In this document: piece by piece, positions 41,901 through 55,405 of the stretch | Position numbering within the stretch: position 1 is the stretch's first letter | How the letters are laid out: the number at the start of each line of letters is the position of its first letter | Assembly (NCBI GenBank): GCA_964016885.1 | Contig: OZ024742.1 | Span: forward strand, 374,728,001-374,792,000 | Length of the DNA: 64,000 nt | Source: Eledone cirrhosa | Taxonomy: Eukaryota | Reading direction: 5' to 3' | Notes under the pieces: generated by a model | Told to the model about the DNA's origin: nothing | Database searches by the model: none | Seen by the model: the letters and a program-made list of their open reading frames with translations, nothing else | Program-made: the position numbers and the translations under genes

Positions 41901-44900
41901 ACAGCTAAGATGACTGTGTCTCACTCATAGGACTGTCATGTTCTGGGGATAGACAGACAGCTAAGATGACTGTGTCTCACTCATAGGACTGTCATGTTCT
42001 GGGGATAGATAGACAGCTAAGATGACTGTGTCACACTCATAGGACTGTCATGTTCTGGGGATAGATAGACAGCTAAGATGACTGTGTCTCACTCATAGGA
42101 CTATCATGTTCTGGGGATAGACAGACAGCTAAGATGACTGTGTCTCACTGATAGGACTGTCATGTTCTGGGGATAGACAGACAGCTAAGATGATTGTGTC
42201 TCACTCATAGGACTGTCATGTTCTGGGGATAGATAGACAGCTAAGATGACTGTGTCTCACTCATAGGACTGTCATGTTCTGGGGATAGATAGACAGCTAA
42301 GATGACTGTGTCTCACTCATAGGACTGTCATGTTCTGGGGATAGAAAGACAGCTAAGATGACTGTGTCTCACTCATAGGACTGTCATGTTCTGGGGATAG
42401 ACAGACAGCTAAGATGACTGTGTCACACTCATAGGACTGTCATGTTCTGGGGATAGATAGACAGCTAAGATGACTGTGTCTCACTCATAGGACTGTCCTG
42501 TACTGGGAATAGACAGCTAAGATGGCTGCGTCTCACTCATAGGAGTCATCTTCTGGGGATAGACAGACAGCTAAGTTGACTGTCTCACACATAGGACTGT
42601 CATGTACTTGGGATAGACAGCTAAGATGACAGTGTCTCACTCATAGGACTGTCCTGTTCTGGGGACAGACAGCTAAGATGACTGTCTCACTCATAGGACT
42701 GTCATGTACTGGGGATTGACATCTAAGATGGCTGCGTCTCACTCATAGGACTGTCATGTTCTAGGGAGACACAGCTAAGATGACTGTGTCTCACTCATAG
42801 GACTGTCATGTTCTGGGGATAGATAGACAGCTAAGATTACTGTGTCTCACTCATAGGACTGTCATGTTCTGGGGATAGATAGACAGCTAAGATTACTGTG
42901 TCTCACTCATAGGACTGTCATGTTCTGGGGATAGATAGACAGCTAAGATAACTGTGTCTCACTCATAGGGCTGTCATGTTCTGGGGATAGACAGACAGCT
43001 AAGATGACTGTGTCTCACTCATAGGACTGTCATGTTCTGGGGATAGATAGACAGCTAAGATGACTGTGTCTCACTCGTAGGACTGTCATGTTCTGGGGAT
43101 AGATAGACAGCTAAGATTACTGTGTCTCACTGATAGGACTGTCATGTTCTGGGGATAGACAGACAGCTAAGATGACTGTGTCTCACTCATAGGACTGTCA
43201 TGTTCTGGGGATAGACGGCTAAGATGACTGTCTCACTCATAGGACTGTCATGTACTGGGGATAGATAGACAGCTAAGATGACTGTGTCACACTCATAGGA
43301 CTGTCATGTTCTGGAGACAGACAAACAGCTAAGATGACTGTGTCTCACTGATAGGACTGTCATGTTCTAGCGAGACACAGCTAAGATGACTGTGTCTCAC
43401 TCATAGGACTGTCATGTTCTGGGGATAGATAGACAGCTAAGATGACTGTGTCTCACTCATAGGACTGTCATGTTCTGGGGATAGATAGACAGCTAAGATG
43501 ACTGTGTCTCACTGACAGGACTGTCATGTTCTGGGGATAGATCGACAGCTAAGATGACTGTGTCTCACTCATAGGACTGTCATGTTCTGGGGACAGACAG
43601 ACAGCTAAGATGACTGTGTCTCACTGATAGGACTGTCATGTTCTGGGGATAGACAGACAGCTAAGATGATTGTGTCTCACTCATAGGACTGTCATGTTCT
43701 GGGGATAGACAGACAGCTAAGATGACTGTGTCTCACTCATAGGACTGTCATGTTCTGGGGATAGATAGACAGCTAAGATGACTGTGTCTCACTCATAGGA
43801 CTGTCATGTTCTGGGGATAGAAAGACAGCTAAGATGACTGTGTCTCACTCATAGGACTGTCATGTTCTGGGGATAGACAGACAGCTAAGATGACTGTGTC
43901 TCACTCATAGGACTGTCCTGTACTGGGAATAGACAGCTAAGATGGCTGCGTCTCACTCATAGGAGTCATCTTCTGGGGATAGACAGACAGCTAAGTTGAC
44001 TGTCTCACACATAGGACTGTCATGTACTTGGGATAGACAGCTAAGATGACAGTGTCTCACTCATAGGACTGTCCTGTTCTGGGGACAGACAGCTAAGATG
44101 ACTGTCTCACTCATAGGACTGTCATGTACTGGGGATTGACATCTAAGATGGCTGCGTCTCACTCATAGGACTGTCATGTTCTAGGGGGACACAGCTAAGA
44201 TGACTGTGTCTCACTCATAGGACTGTCATGTTCTGGGGATAGATAGACAGCTAAGATAACTGTGTCTCACTCATAGGACTGTCATGTTCTGGGGATAGAT
44301 AGACAGCTAAGATTACTGTGTCTCACTCATAGGACTGTCATGTTCTGGGGATAGATAGACAGCTAAGATAACTGTGTCTCACTCATAGGGCTGTCATGTT
44401 CTGGGGATAGACAGACAGCTAAGATGACTGTGTCTCACTCATAGGACTGTCATGTTCTGGGGATAGATAGACAGCTAAGATGACTGTGTCTCACTCATAG
44501 GACTATCATGTTCTGGGGATAGACAGACAGCTAAGATGACTGTGTCTCACTGATAGGACTGTCATGTTCTGGGGATAGACAGACAGCTAAGATGATTGTG
44601 TCTCACTCATAGGACTGTCATGTTCTGGGGATAGATAGACAGCTAAGATGACTGTGTCTCACTCATAGGACTGTCATGTTCTGGGGATAGATAGACAGCT
44701 AAGATGACTGTGTCTCACTCATAGGACTGTCATGTTCTGGGGATAGAAAGACAGCTAAGATGACTGTGTCTCACTCATAGGACTGTCATGTTCTGGGGAT
44801 AGACAGACAGCTAAGATGACTGTGTCACACTCATAGGACTGTCATGTTCTGGGGATAGATAGACAGCTAAGATGACTGTGTCTCACTCATAGGACTGTCC

Positions 44901-47900
44901 TGTACTGGGAATAGACAGCTAAGATGGCTGCGTCTCACTCATAGGAGTCATCTTCTGGGGATAGACAGACAGCTAAGTTGACTGTCTCACACATAGGACT
45001 GTCATGTACTTGGGATAGACAGCTAAGATGACAGTGTCTCACTCATAGGACTGTCCTGTTCTGGGGACAGACAGCTAAGATGACTGTCTCACTCATAGGA
45101 CTGTCATGTACTGGGGATTGACATCTAAGATGGCTGCGTCTCACTCATAGGACTGTCATGTTCTGGGGATAGGCAGCTAAGATGACTGTGTCTCACTGAT
45201 AGGACTGTCATGTACTTGGGATAGACAGACAGCTAAGATGACTGTGTCTCACTCATAGGACTGTCCTGTTCTGGGGACAGACAGCTAAGATGACTGTCAT
45301 GTACTAGAGATAGACAGCTAAGATGACTGTCTCACTCATAGGACTGTCATGTTCTGGGGATAGACAGCTAAGATGACAGTGTCTCACTCATAGGACTGTT
45401 CTGTTCTGGGGACAGACAGCTAAGATGACTGCGTCTCACTCATAGAACTGTCATGTACTGGGGAAGGACAGTTAGGATGACGTTGTCTCACTCATAGGTC
45501 TGTCATGTTCTGGAGATAGATAGACAGCTAAGATGGCTGTGTCACACTCATAGGACTGTCATGTTCTGGGGACAGACAGACAGCTAAGATGACTGTGTCT
45601 CACTGATAGGACTGTCATGTTCTGGGGATAGATCGACAGCTAAGATGACTGTGTCTCACTCATAGGACTGTCATGTTCTGGGGACAGACAGACAGCTAAG
45701 ATGACTGTGTCTCACTGATAGGACTGTCATGTTCTGGGGATAGACAGACAGCTAAGATGACTGTCTCACTCATAGGACTGTCATGTTCTGGGTATAGACA
45801 GACAGCTAAGATGACTGTCTCACTCATAAGACTGTCATGTACTGGGGATAGACAGACAGCTAAGATGACTGTGTCTCACTCATAGGACTGTCATGTTCTG
45901 GGGATAGACAGCTAAGATGACTGTGTCTCACTGATAGGACTGTCATGTTCTGGGGATAGATAAACAGCTAAGATGACTGTGTCTCACTCATAGGACTGTC
46001 ATGTTCTGGGGATAGACAGCTAAGATGACTGTGTCTCACTGATAGGACTGTCATGTTCTGGGGATAGATAGACAGCTAAGATGACTGTGTCACACTCATA
46101 GGACTGTCATGTTCTGGGGATAGACAGCTAAGATGACTGTGTCTCACTCATAGGACTGTCATGTTCTGGGGATAGACAGACAGCTAAGATGACTGTGTCT
46201 CACTGATAGGACTGTCATGTTCTGGGGATAGACAGACAGCTAAGGTGACTGTGTCTCACTCAACGGACTGTCATGTTCTGGGGACAGACAGACAGCTAAG
46301 ATGACTGTGTCACACTCATAGGACTGTCATGTTCTGGGGATAGATAGACAGCTAAGATGACTGTGTCTCACTCATAGGACTGTCATGTTCTGGGGATAGA
46401 CAGACAGCTAAGATGACTGTGTCTCACTGATAGGACTGTCATGTTCTGGGGACAGACACACAGCTAAGATGACTGTCACACTCATAGGACTGTCCTGTAC
46501 TGGGAATAGACAGCTAAGATGGCTGCGTCTCACTCATAGGAGTCATCTTCTGGGGATAGACAGACAGCTAAGTTGACTGTCTCACACATAGGACTGTCAT
46601 GTACTTGGGATAGACAGCTAAGATGACAGTGTCTCACTCATAGGACTGTCCTGTTCTGGGGACAGACAGCTAAGATGACTGTCTCACTCATAGGACTGTC
46701 ATGTACTGGGGATAGACATCTAAGATGGCTGCGTCTCACTCATAGGACTGTCATGTTCTAGGGAGACACAGCTAAGATGACTGTGTCTCACTCATAGGAC
46801 TGTCATGTTCTGGGGATAGATAGACAGCTAAGATAACTGTGTCTCACTCATAGGACTGTCATGTTCTGGGGATAGATAGACAGCTAAGATTACTGTGTCT
46901 CACTGATAGGACTGTCATGTTCTGGGGATAGATAGACAGCTAAGATGACTGTGTCTCACTCATAGGACTGTCATGTTCTGGGGACAGACAGATAGCTAAG
47001 ATGACTGTGTCTCACTGATAGGACTGTCATGTTCTGGGGATAGACAGACAGCTAAGATGACTGTGTCTCACTGATAGGACTGTCATGTTCTGGGGATAGA
47101 CAGACAGCTAAGATGACTGTCTCACTCATAGGACTGTCATGTTCTGGGGATAGATAGACAGCTAAGATGACTGTGTCTCACTCATAGGACTGTCATGTTC
47201 TGGGGATAGACAGCTAAGATGACTGTGTCTCACTGATAGGACTGTCATGTTCTGGGGATAGATAAACAGCTAAGATGACTGTGTCTCACTCATAGGACTG
47301 TCATGTTCTGGGGATAGACAGCTAAGATGACTGTGTCTCACTGATAGGACTGTCATGTTCTGGGGATAGATAGACAGCTAAGATGACTGTGTCACACTCA
47401 TAGGACTGTCATGTTCTGGGGATAGACAGACAGCTAAGATGACTGTGTCTCACTCATAGGACTGTCATGTTCTGGGGATAGATAGACAGCTAAGATGACT
47501 GTCTCACTCATAGGACTGTCATGTTCTGGGGACAGACAGACAGCTAAGATGACTGTGTCTCACTGATAGGACTGTCATGTTCTGGGGATAGACAGACAGC
47601 TAAGATGACTGTGTCTCACTCATAGGACTGTCATGTTCTGGGGATAGACGGCTAAGATGACTGTCTCACTCATAGGACTGTCATGTACTGGGGATAGATA
47701 GACAGCTAAGATGACTGTGTCACACTCATATGACTGTCATGTTCTGGGGACAGACAAACAGCTAAGATGACTGTGTCTCACTGATAGGACTGTCATGTTC
47801 TAGCGAGACACAGCTAAGATGACTGTGTCTCACTCATAGGACTGTCATGTTCTGGGGATAGATAGACAGCTAAGATGACTGTGTCTCACTGATAGGACTG

Positions 47901-50900
47901 TCATGTTCTGGGGATAGATCGACAGCTAAGATGACTGTGTCTCACTCATAGGACTGTCATGTTCTGGGGACAGACAGACAGCTAAGATGACTGTGTCTCA
48001 CTGATAGGACTGTCATGTTCTGGGGATAGACAGACAGCTAAGATGACTGTCTCACTCATAGGACTGTCATGTTCTGGGTATAGACAGACAGCTAAGATGA
48101 CTGTCTCACTCATAAGACTGTCATGTACTGGGGATAGACAGACAGCTAAGATGACTGTGTCTCACTCATAGGACTGTCATGTTCTGGGGATAGACAGCTA
48201 AGATGACTGTGTCTCACTGATAGGACTGTCATGTTCTGGGGATAGATAAACAGCTAAGATGACTGTGTCTCACTCATAGGACTGTCATGTTCTGGGGATA
48301 GACAGCTAAGATGACTGTGTCTCACTGATAGGACTGTCATGTTCTGGGGATAGATAGACAGCTAAGATGACTGTGTCACACTCATAGGACTGTCATGTTC
48401 TGGGGATAGACAGCTAAGATGACTGTGTCTCACTCATAGGACTGTCATGTTCTGGGGATAGACAGACAGCTAAGATGACTGTGTCTCACTCATAGGACTG
48501 TCATGTTCTGGGGATAGATAGACAGCTAAGATGACTGTCTCACTCATAGGACTGTCATGTTCTGGGGATAGACAAACAGCTAAGATGACTGTGTCTCACT
48601 GATAGGACTGTCATGTTCTGGGGATAGACAGACAGCTAAGATGACTGTGTCTCACTCATAGGACTGTCATGTTCTGGGGATAGATAGACAGCTAAGATGA
48701 CTGTGTCTCACTGATAGGACTGTCATGTTCTGGGGATAGATAGACAGCTAAGATGACTGTGTCTCACTCATAGGACTGTCATGTTCTGGGGATAGATAGA
48801 CAGCTAAGATGACTGTGTCACACTCATAGGACTGTCATGTTCTGGGGATAGACAGACAGCTAAGATGACTGTGTCACACTCATAGGACTGTCATGTTCTG
48901 GGGATAGATAGACAGCTAAGATGACTGTGTCTCACTCATAGGACTGTCATGTTCTGGGGATAGACAGACAGCTAAGATGACTGTGTTTCACTGATAGGAC
49001 TGTCATGTTCTGGGGATAGACAGACAGCTAAGATGACTGTGTCTCACTCATAGGACTGTCATGTTCTGGGGATAGACAGACAGCTAAGATGACTGTGTCT
49101 CTCTGATAGGACTGTCATGTTCTGGGGATAGACAGACAGATAAGATGACTGTGTCTCACTCATAGGACTGTCATGTTCTGGGGATAGATAGACAGCTAAG
49201 ATGACTGTGTCTCACTGATAGGACTGTCATGTTCTGGGGATAGACAGACAGCTAAGATGACTGTGTCTCACTCATAGGACTGTCATGTTCTGGGGATAGA
49301 TAGACAGCTAAGATGACTGTGTCACACTCATAGGACTGTCATGTTCTGGGGATAGATAGACAGCTAAGATGACTGTGTCTCACTCATAGGACTGTCATGT
49401 TCTGGGGATAGACAGACAGCTAAGATGACTGTGTCTCACTGATAGGACTGTCATGTTCTGGTGATAGACAGACAGCTAAGATGACTGTGTCTCACTCATA
49501 GGACTGTCATGTTCTGGGGATAGATAGACAGCTAAGATGACTGTGTCTCACTCATAGGACTGTCATGTTCTGGGGATAGATAGACAGCTAAGATGACTGT
49601 GTCTCACTCATAGGACTGTCATGTTCTGGGGATAGACAGACAGCTTAGATGACTGTGTCTCACTCATAGGACTGTCATGTTCTGGGGATAGATAGACAGC
49701 TAAGATGACTGTGTCACACTCATAGGACTGTCATGTTCTGGGGATAGATAGACAGCTAAGATGACTGTGTCTCACTCATAGGACTGTCATGTTCTGGGGA
49801 TAGACAGACAGCTAAGATGACTGTGTTTCACTGATAGGACTGTCATGTTCTGGGGATAGACAGACAGCTAAGATGACTGTGTCTCACTCATAGGACTGTC
49901 ATATTCTGGGGATAGATAGACAGCTAAGATGACTGTGTCTCACTCATAGGACTGTCATGTTCTGGGGATAGATAGACAGCTAAGATGACTGTGTCTCGCT
50001 CATAGGACTGTCATGTTCTGGGGATAGACAGACAGCTAAGATGACTGTGTCTCACTCATAGGACTGTCATGTTCTGGGGATAGACAGACAGCTAAGATGA
50101 TTGTGTCTCACTCATAGGACTGTCATGTTCTGGGGATAGATAGACAGCTAAGATGACTGTGTCTCACTCATAGGACTGTCATGTTCTGGGGATAGATAGA
50201 CAGCTAAGATGACTGTGTCTCACTCATAGGACTGTCATGTTCTGGGGATAGATAGACAGTTAAGATGACTGTGTCTCACTCATAGGACTGTCATGTTCTG
50301 GGGATAGACAGACAGCTAAGATGACTGTGTCACACTCATAGGACTGTCATGTTCTGGGGATAGATAGACAGCTAAGATGACTGTGTCTCACTCATAGGAC
50401 TGTCCTGTACTGGGAATAGACAGCTAAGATGGCTGCGTCTCACTCATAGGAGTCATCTTCTGGGGATAGACAGACAGCTAAGTTGACTGTCTCACACATA
50501 GGACTGTCATGTACTTGGGATAGACAGCTAAGATGACAGTGTCTCACTCATAGGACTGTCCTGTTCTGGGGACAGACAGCTAAGATGACTGTCTCACTCA
50601 TAGGACTGTCATGTACTGGGGATAGACATCTAAGATGGCTGCGTCTCACTCATAGGACTGTCATGTTCTAGGGAGACACAGCTAAGATGACTGTGTCTCA
50701 CTCATAGGACTGTCATGTTCTGGGGATAGATAGACAGCTAAGATAACTGTGTCTCACTCATAGGACTGTCATGTTCTGGGGATAGATAGACAGCTAAGAT
50801 TACTGTGTCTCACTGATAGGACTGTCATGTTCTGGGGATAGATAGACAGCTAAGATGACTGTGTCTCACTCATAGGGCTGTCATGTTCTGGGGATAGACA

Positions 50901-53900
50901 GACAGCTAAGATGACTGTGTCTCACTTATAGGACTGTCATGTTCTGGGGATAGATAGACAGCTAAGATGACTGTGTCTCACTCATAGGACTGTCATGTTC
51001 TGGGGATAGATAGACAGCTAAGATGACTGTGTCTCACTCATAGGACTGTCATGTTCTGGGGATAGACAGACAGCTAAGATGACTGTGTCTCACTCATAGG
51101 ACTGTCATGTTCTGGGGATAGATAGACAGCTAAGATGACTGTGTCACACTCATTGGACTGTCATGTTCTGGGGATAGATAGACAGCTAAGATGACTGTGT
51201 CTCACTCATAGGACTGTCATGTTCTGGGGATAGACAGACAGCTAAGATGACTGTGTCTCACTGATAGGACTGTCATGTTCTGGTGATAGACAGACAGCTA
51301 AGATGACTGTGTCTCACTCATAGGACTGTCATGTTCTGGGGATAGATAGACAGCTAAGATGACTGTGTCTCACTCATAGGTCTGTCATGTTCTGGGGATA
51401 GATAGACAGCTAAGATGACTGTGTCTCACTCATAGGACTGTCATGTTCTGGGGATAGACAGACAGCTAAGATGACTGTGTCTCACTGATAGGACTGTCAT
51501 GTTCTGGGGATAGACAGACAGCTAAGATGACTGTGTCTCACTCATAGGACTGTCATGTTCTGGGGATAGATAGACAGCTAAGATGACTGTGTCTCACTCA
51601 TAGGACTGTCATGTTCTGGGGATAGATAGACAGCTAAGATGACTGTGTCTCGCTCATAGGACTGTCATGTTCTGGGGATAGACAGACAGCTAAGATGACT
51701 GTGTCTCACTCATAGGACTGTCATGTTCTGGGGATAGACAGACAGCTAAGATGACTGTGTCTCACTCATAGGACTGTCATGTTCTGGGGATAGATAGACA
51801 GCTAAGATGACTGTGTCACACTCATAGGACTGTCATGTTCTGGGGATAGATAGACAGCTAAGATGACTGTGTCTCACTCATAGGACTATCATGTTCTGGG
51901 GATAGACAGACAGCTAAGATGACTGTGTCTCACTGATAGGACTGTCATGTTCTGGGGATAGACAGACAGCTAAGATGATTGTGTCTCACTCATAGGACTG
52001 TCATGTTCTGGGGATAGATAGACAGCTAAGATGACTGTGTCTCACTCATAGGACTGTCATGTTCTGGGGATAGATAGACAGCTAAGATGACTGTGTCTCA
52101 CTCATAGGACTGTCATGTTCTGGGGATAGAAAGACAGCTAAGATGACTGTGTCTCACTCATAGGACTGTCATGTTCTGGGGATAGACAGACAGCTAAGAT
52201 GACTGTGTCACACTCATAGGACTGTCATGTTCTGGGGATAGATAGACAGCTAAGATGACTGTGTCTCACTCATAGGACTGTCCTGTACTGGGAATAGACA
52301 GCTAAGATGGCTGCGTCTCACTCATAGGAGTCATCTTCTGGGGATAGACAGACAGCTAAGTTGACTGTCTCACACATAGGACTGTCATGTACTTGGGATA
52401 GACAGCTAAGATGACAGTGTCTCACTCATAGGACTGTCCTGTTCTGGGGACAGACAGCTAAGATGACTGTCTCACTCATAGGACTGTCATGTACTGGGGA
52501 TTGACATCTAAGATGGCTGCGTCTCACTCATAGGACTGTCATGTTCTAGGGAGACACAGCTAAGATGACTGTGTCTCACTCATAGGACTGTCATGTTCTG
52601 GGGATAGATAGACAGCTAAGATTACTGTGTCTCACTCATAGGACTGTCATGTTCTGGGGATAGATAGACAGCTAAGATTACTGTGTCTCACTCATAGGAC
52701 TGTCATGTTCTGGGGATAGATAGACAGCTAAGATAACTGTGTCTCACTCATAGGGCTGTCATGTTCTGGGGATAGACAGACAGCTAAGATGACTGTGTCT
52801 CACTCATAGGACTGTCATGTTCTGGGGATAGATAGACAGCTAAGATGACTGTGTCTCACTCGTAGGACTGTCATGTTCTGGGGATAGATAGACAGCTAAG
52901 ATTACTGTGTCTCACTGATAGGACTGTCATGTTCTGGGGATAGACAGACAGCTAAGATGACTGTGTCTCACTCATAGGACTGTCATGTTCTGGGGATAGA
53001 CGGCTAAGATGACTGTCTCACTCATAGGACTGTCATGTACTGGGGATAGATAGACAGCTAAGATGACTGTGTCACACTCATAGGACTGTCATGTTCTGGA
53101 GACAGACAAACAGCTAAGATGACTGTGTCTCACTGATAGGACTGTCATGTTCTAGCGAGACACAGCTAAGATGACTGTGTCTCACTCATAGGACTGTCAT
53201 GTTCTGGGGATAGATAGACAGCTAAGATGACTGTGTCTCACTCATAGGACTGTCATGTTCTGGGGATAGATAGACAGCTAAGATGACTGTGTCTCACTGA
53301 CAGGACTGTCATGTTCTGGGGATAGATCGACAGCTAAGATGACTGTGTCTCACTCATAGGACTGTCATGTTCTGGGGACAGACAGACAGCTAAGATGACT
53401 GTGTCTCACTGATAGGACTGTCATGTTCTGGGGATAGACAGACAGCTAAGATGATTGTGTCTCACTCATAGGACTGTCATGTTCTGGGGATAGACAGACA
53501 GCTAAGATGACTGTGTCTCACTCATAGGACTGTCATGTTCTGGGGATAGATAGACAGCTAAGATGACTGTGTCTCACTCATAGGACTGTCATGTTCTGGG
53601 GATAGAAAGACAGCTAAGATGACTGTGTCTCACTCATAGGACTGTCATGTTCTGGGGATAGACAGACAGCTAAGATGACTGTGTCTCACTCATAGGACTG
53701 TCCTGTACTGGGAATAGACAGCTAAGATGGCTGCGTCTCACTCATAGGAGTCATCTTCTGGGGATAGACAGACAGCTAAGTTGACTGTCTCACACATAGG
53801 ACTGTCATGTACTTGGGATAGACAGCTAAGATGACAGTGTCTCACTCATAGGACTGTCCTGTTCTGGGGACAGACAGCTAAGATGACTGTCTCACTCATA

Positions 53901-55405
53901 GGACTGTCATGTACTGGGGATTGACATCTAAGATGGCTGCGTCTCACTCATAGGACTGTCATGTTCTAGGGGGACACAGCTAAGATGACTGTGTCTCACT
54001 CATAGGACTGTCATGTTCTGGGGATAGATAGACAGCTAAGATAACTGTGTCTCACTCATAGGACTGTCATGTTCTGGGGATAGATAGACAGCTAAGATTA
54101 CTGTGTCTCACTCATAGGACTGTCATGTTCTGGGGATAGATAGACAGCTAAGATAACTGTGTCTCACTCATAGGGCTGTCATGTTCTGGGGATAGACAGA
54201 CAGCTAAGATGACTGTGTCTCACTCATAGGACTGTCATGTTCTGGGGATAGATAGACAGCTAAGATGACTGTGTCTCACTCATAGGACTATCATGTTCTG
54301 GGGATAGACAGACAGCTAAGATGACTGTGTCTCACTGATAGGACTGTCATGTTCTGGGGATAGACAGACAGCTAAGATGATTGTGTCTCACTCATAGGAC
54401 TGTCATGTTCTGGGGATAGATAGACAGCTAAGATGACTGTGTCTCACTCATAGGACTGTCATGTTCTGGGGATAGATAGACAGCTAAGATGACTGTGTCT
54501 CACTCATAGGACTGTCATGTTCTGGGGATAGAAAGACAGCTAAGATGACTGTGTCTCACTCATAGGACTGTCATGTTCTGGGGATAGACAGACAGCTAAG
54601 ATGACTGTGTCACACTCATAGGACTGTCATGTTCTGGGGATAGATAGACAGCTAAGATGACTGTGTCTCACTCATAGGACTGTCCTGTACTGGGAATAGA
54701 CAGCTAAGATGGCTGCGTCTCACTCATAGGAGTCATCTTCTGGGGATAGACAGACAGCTAAGTTGACTGTCTCACACATAGGACTGTCATGTACTTGGGA
54801 TAGACAGCTAAGATGACAGTGTCTCACTCATAGGACTGTCCTGTTCTGGGGACAGACAGCTAAGATGACTGTCTCACTCATAGGACTGTCATGTACTGGG
54901 GATTGACATCTAAGATGGCTGCGTCTCACTCATAGGACTGTCATGTTCTGGGGATAGGCAGCTAAGATGACTGTGTCTCACTGATAGGACTGTCATGTAC
55001 TTGGGATAGACAGACAGCTAAGATGACTGTGTCTCACTCATAGGACTGTCCTGTTCTGGGGACAGACAGCTAAGATGACTGTCATGTACTAGAGATAGAC
55101 AGCTAAGATGACTGTCTCACTCATAGGACTGTCATGTTCTGGGGATAGACAGCTAAGATGACAGTGTCTCACTCATAGGACTGTTCTGTTCTGGGGACAG
55201 ACAGCTAAGATGACTGCGTCTCACTCATAGAACTGTCATGTACTGGGGAAGGACAGTTAGGATGACGTTGTCTCACTCATAGGTCTGTCATGTTCTGGAG
55301 ATAGATAGACAGCTAAGATGGCTGTGTCACACTCATAGGACTGTCATGTTCTGGGGACAGACAGACAGCTAAGATGACTGTGTCTCACTGATAGGACTGT
55401 CATGT
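35963..55405 (+). repeat. Large tandem duplication of about 9.6-9.8 kb (35963-~45600 vs ~45580-55405), offset 9615 then 9785 bp
   Basis: GATCG 36019/45634 and CATATGAC 38114/47729 give offset 9615. CAGTTAAG 40474/50259 and ATGACTGTCAT 45290/55075 give offset 9785. The junction lies between 45578 and 45620. Confidence 0.9.
45150..45560 (+). repeat. Diverged cassette C containing an internally deleted monomer (copies at about 45150, 54935, 57136)
   Basis: Linked variants GATAGGCAG, the GATGACTGTCATGTACTAGAGA fusion, GACTGTTCTG, CATAGAAC, GGAAGGACAGTTAGGATGACGTTG and AGGTCTGTC. Confidence 0.88.
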
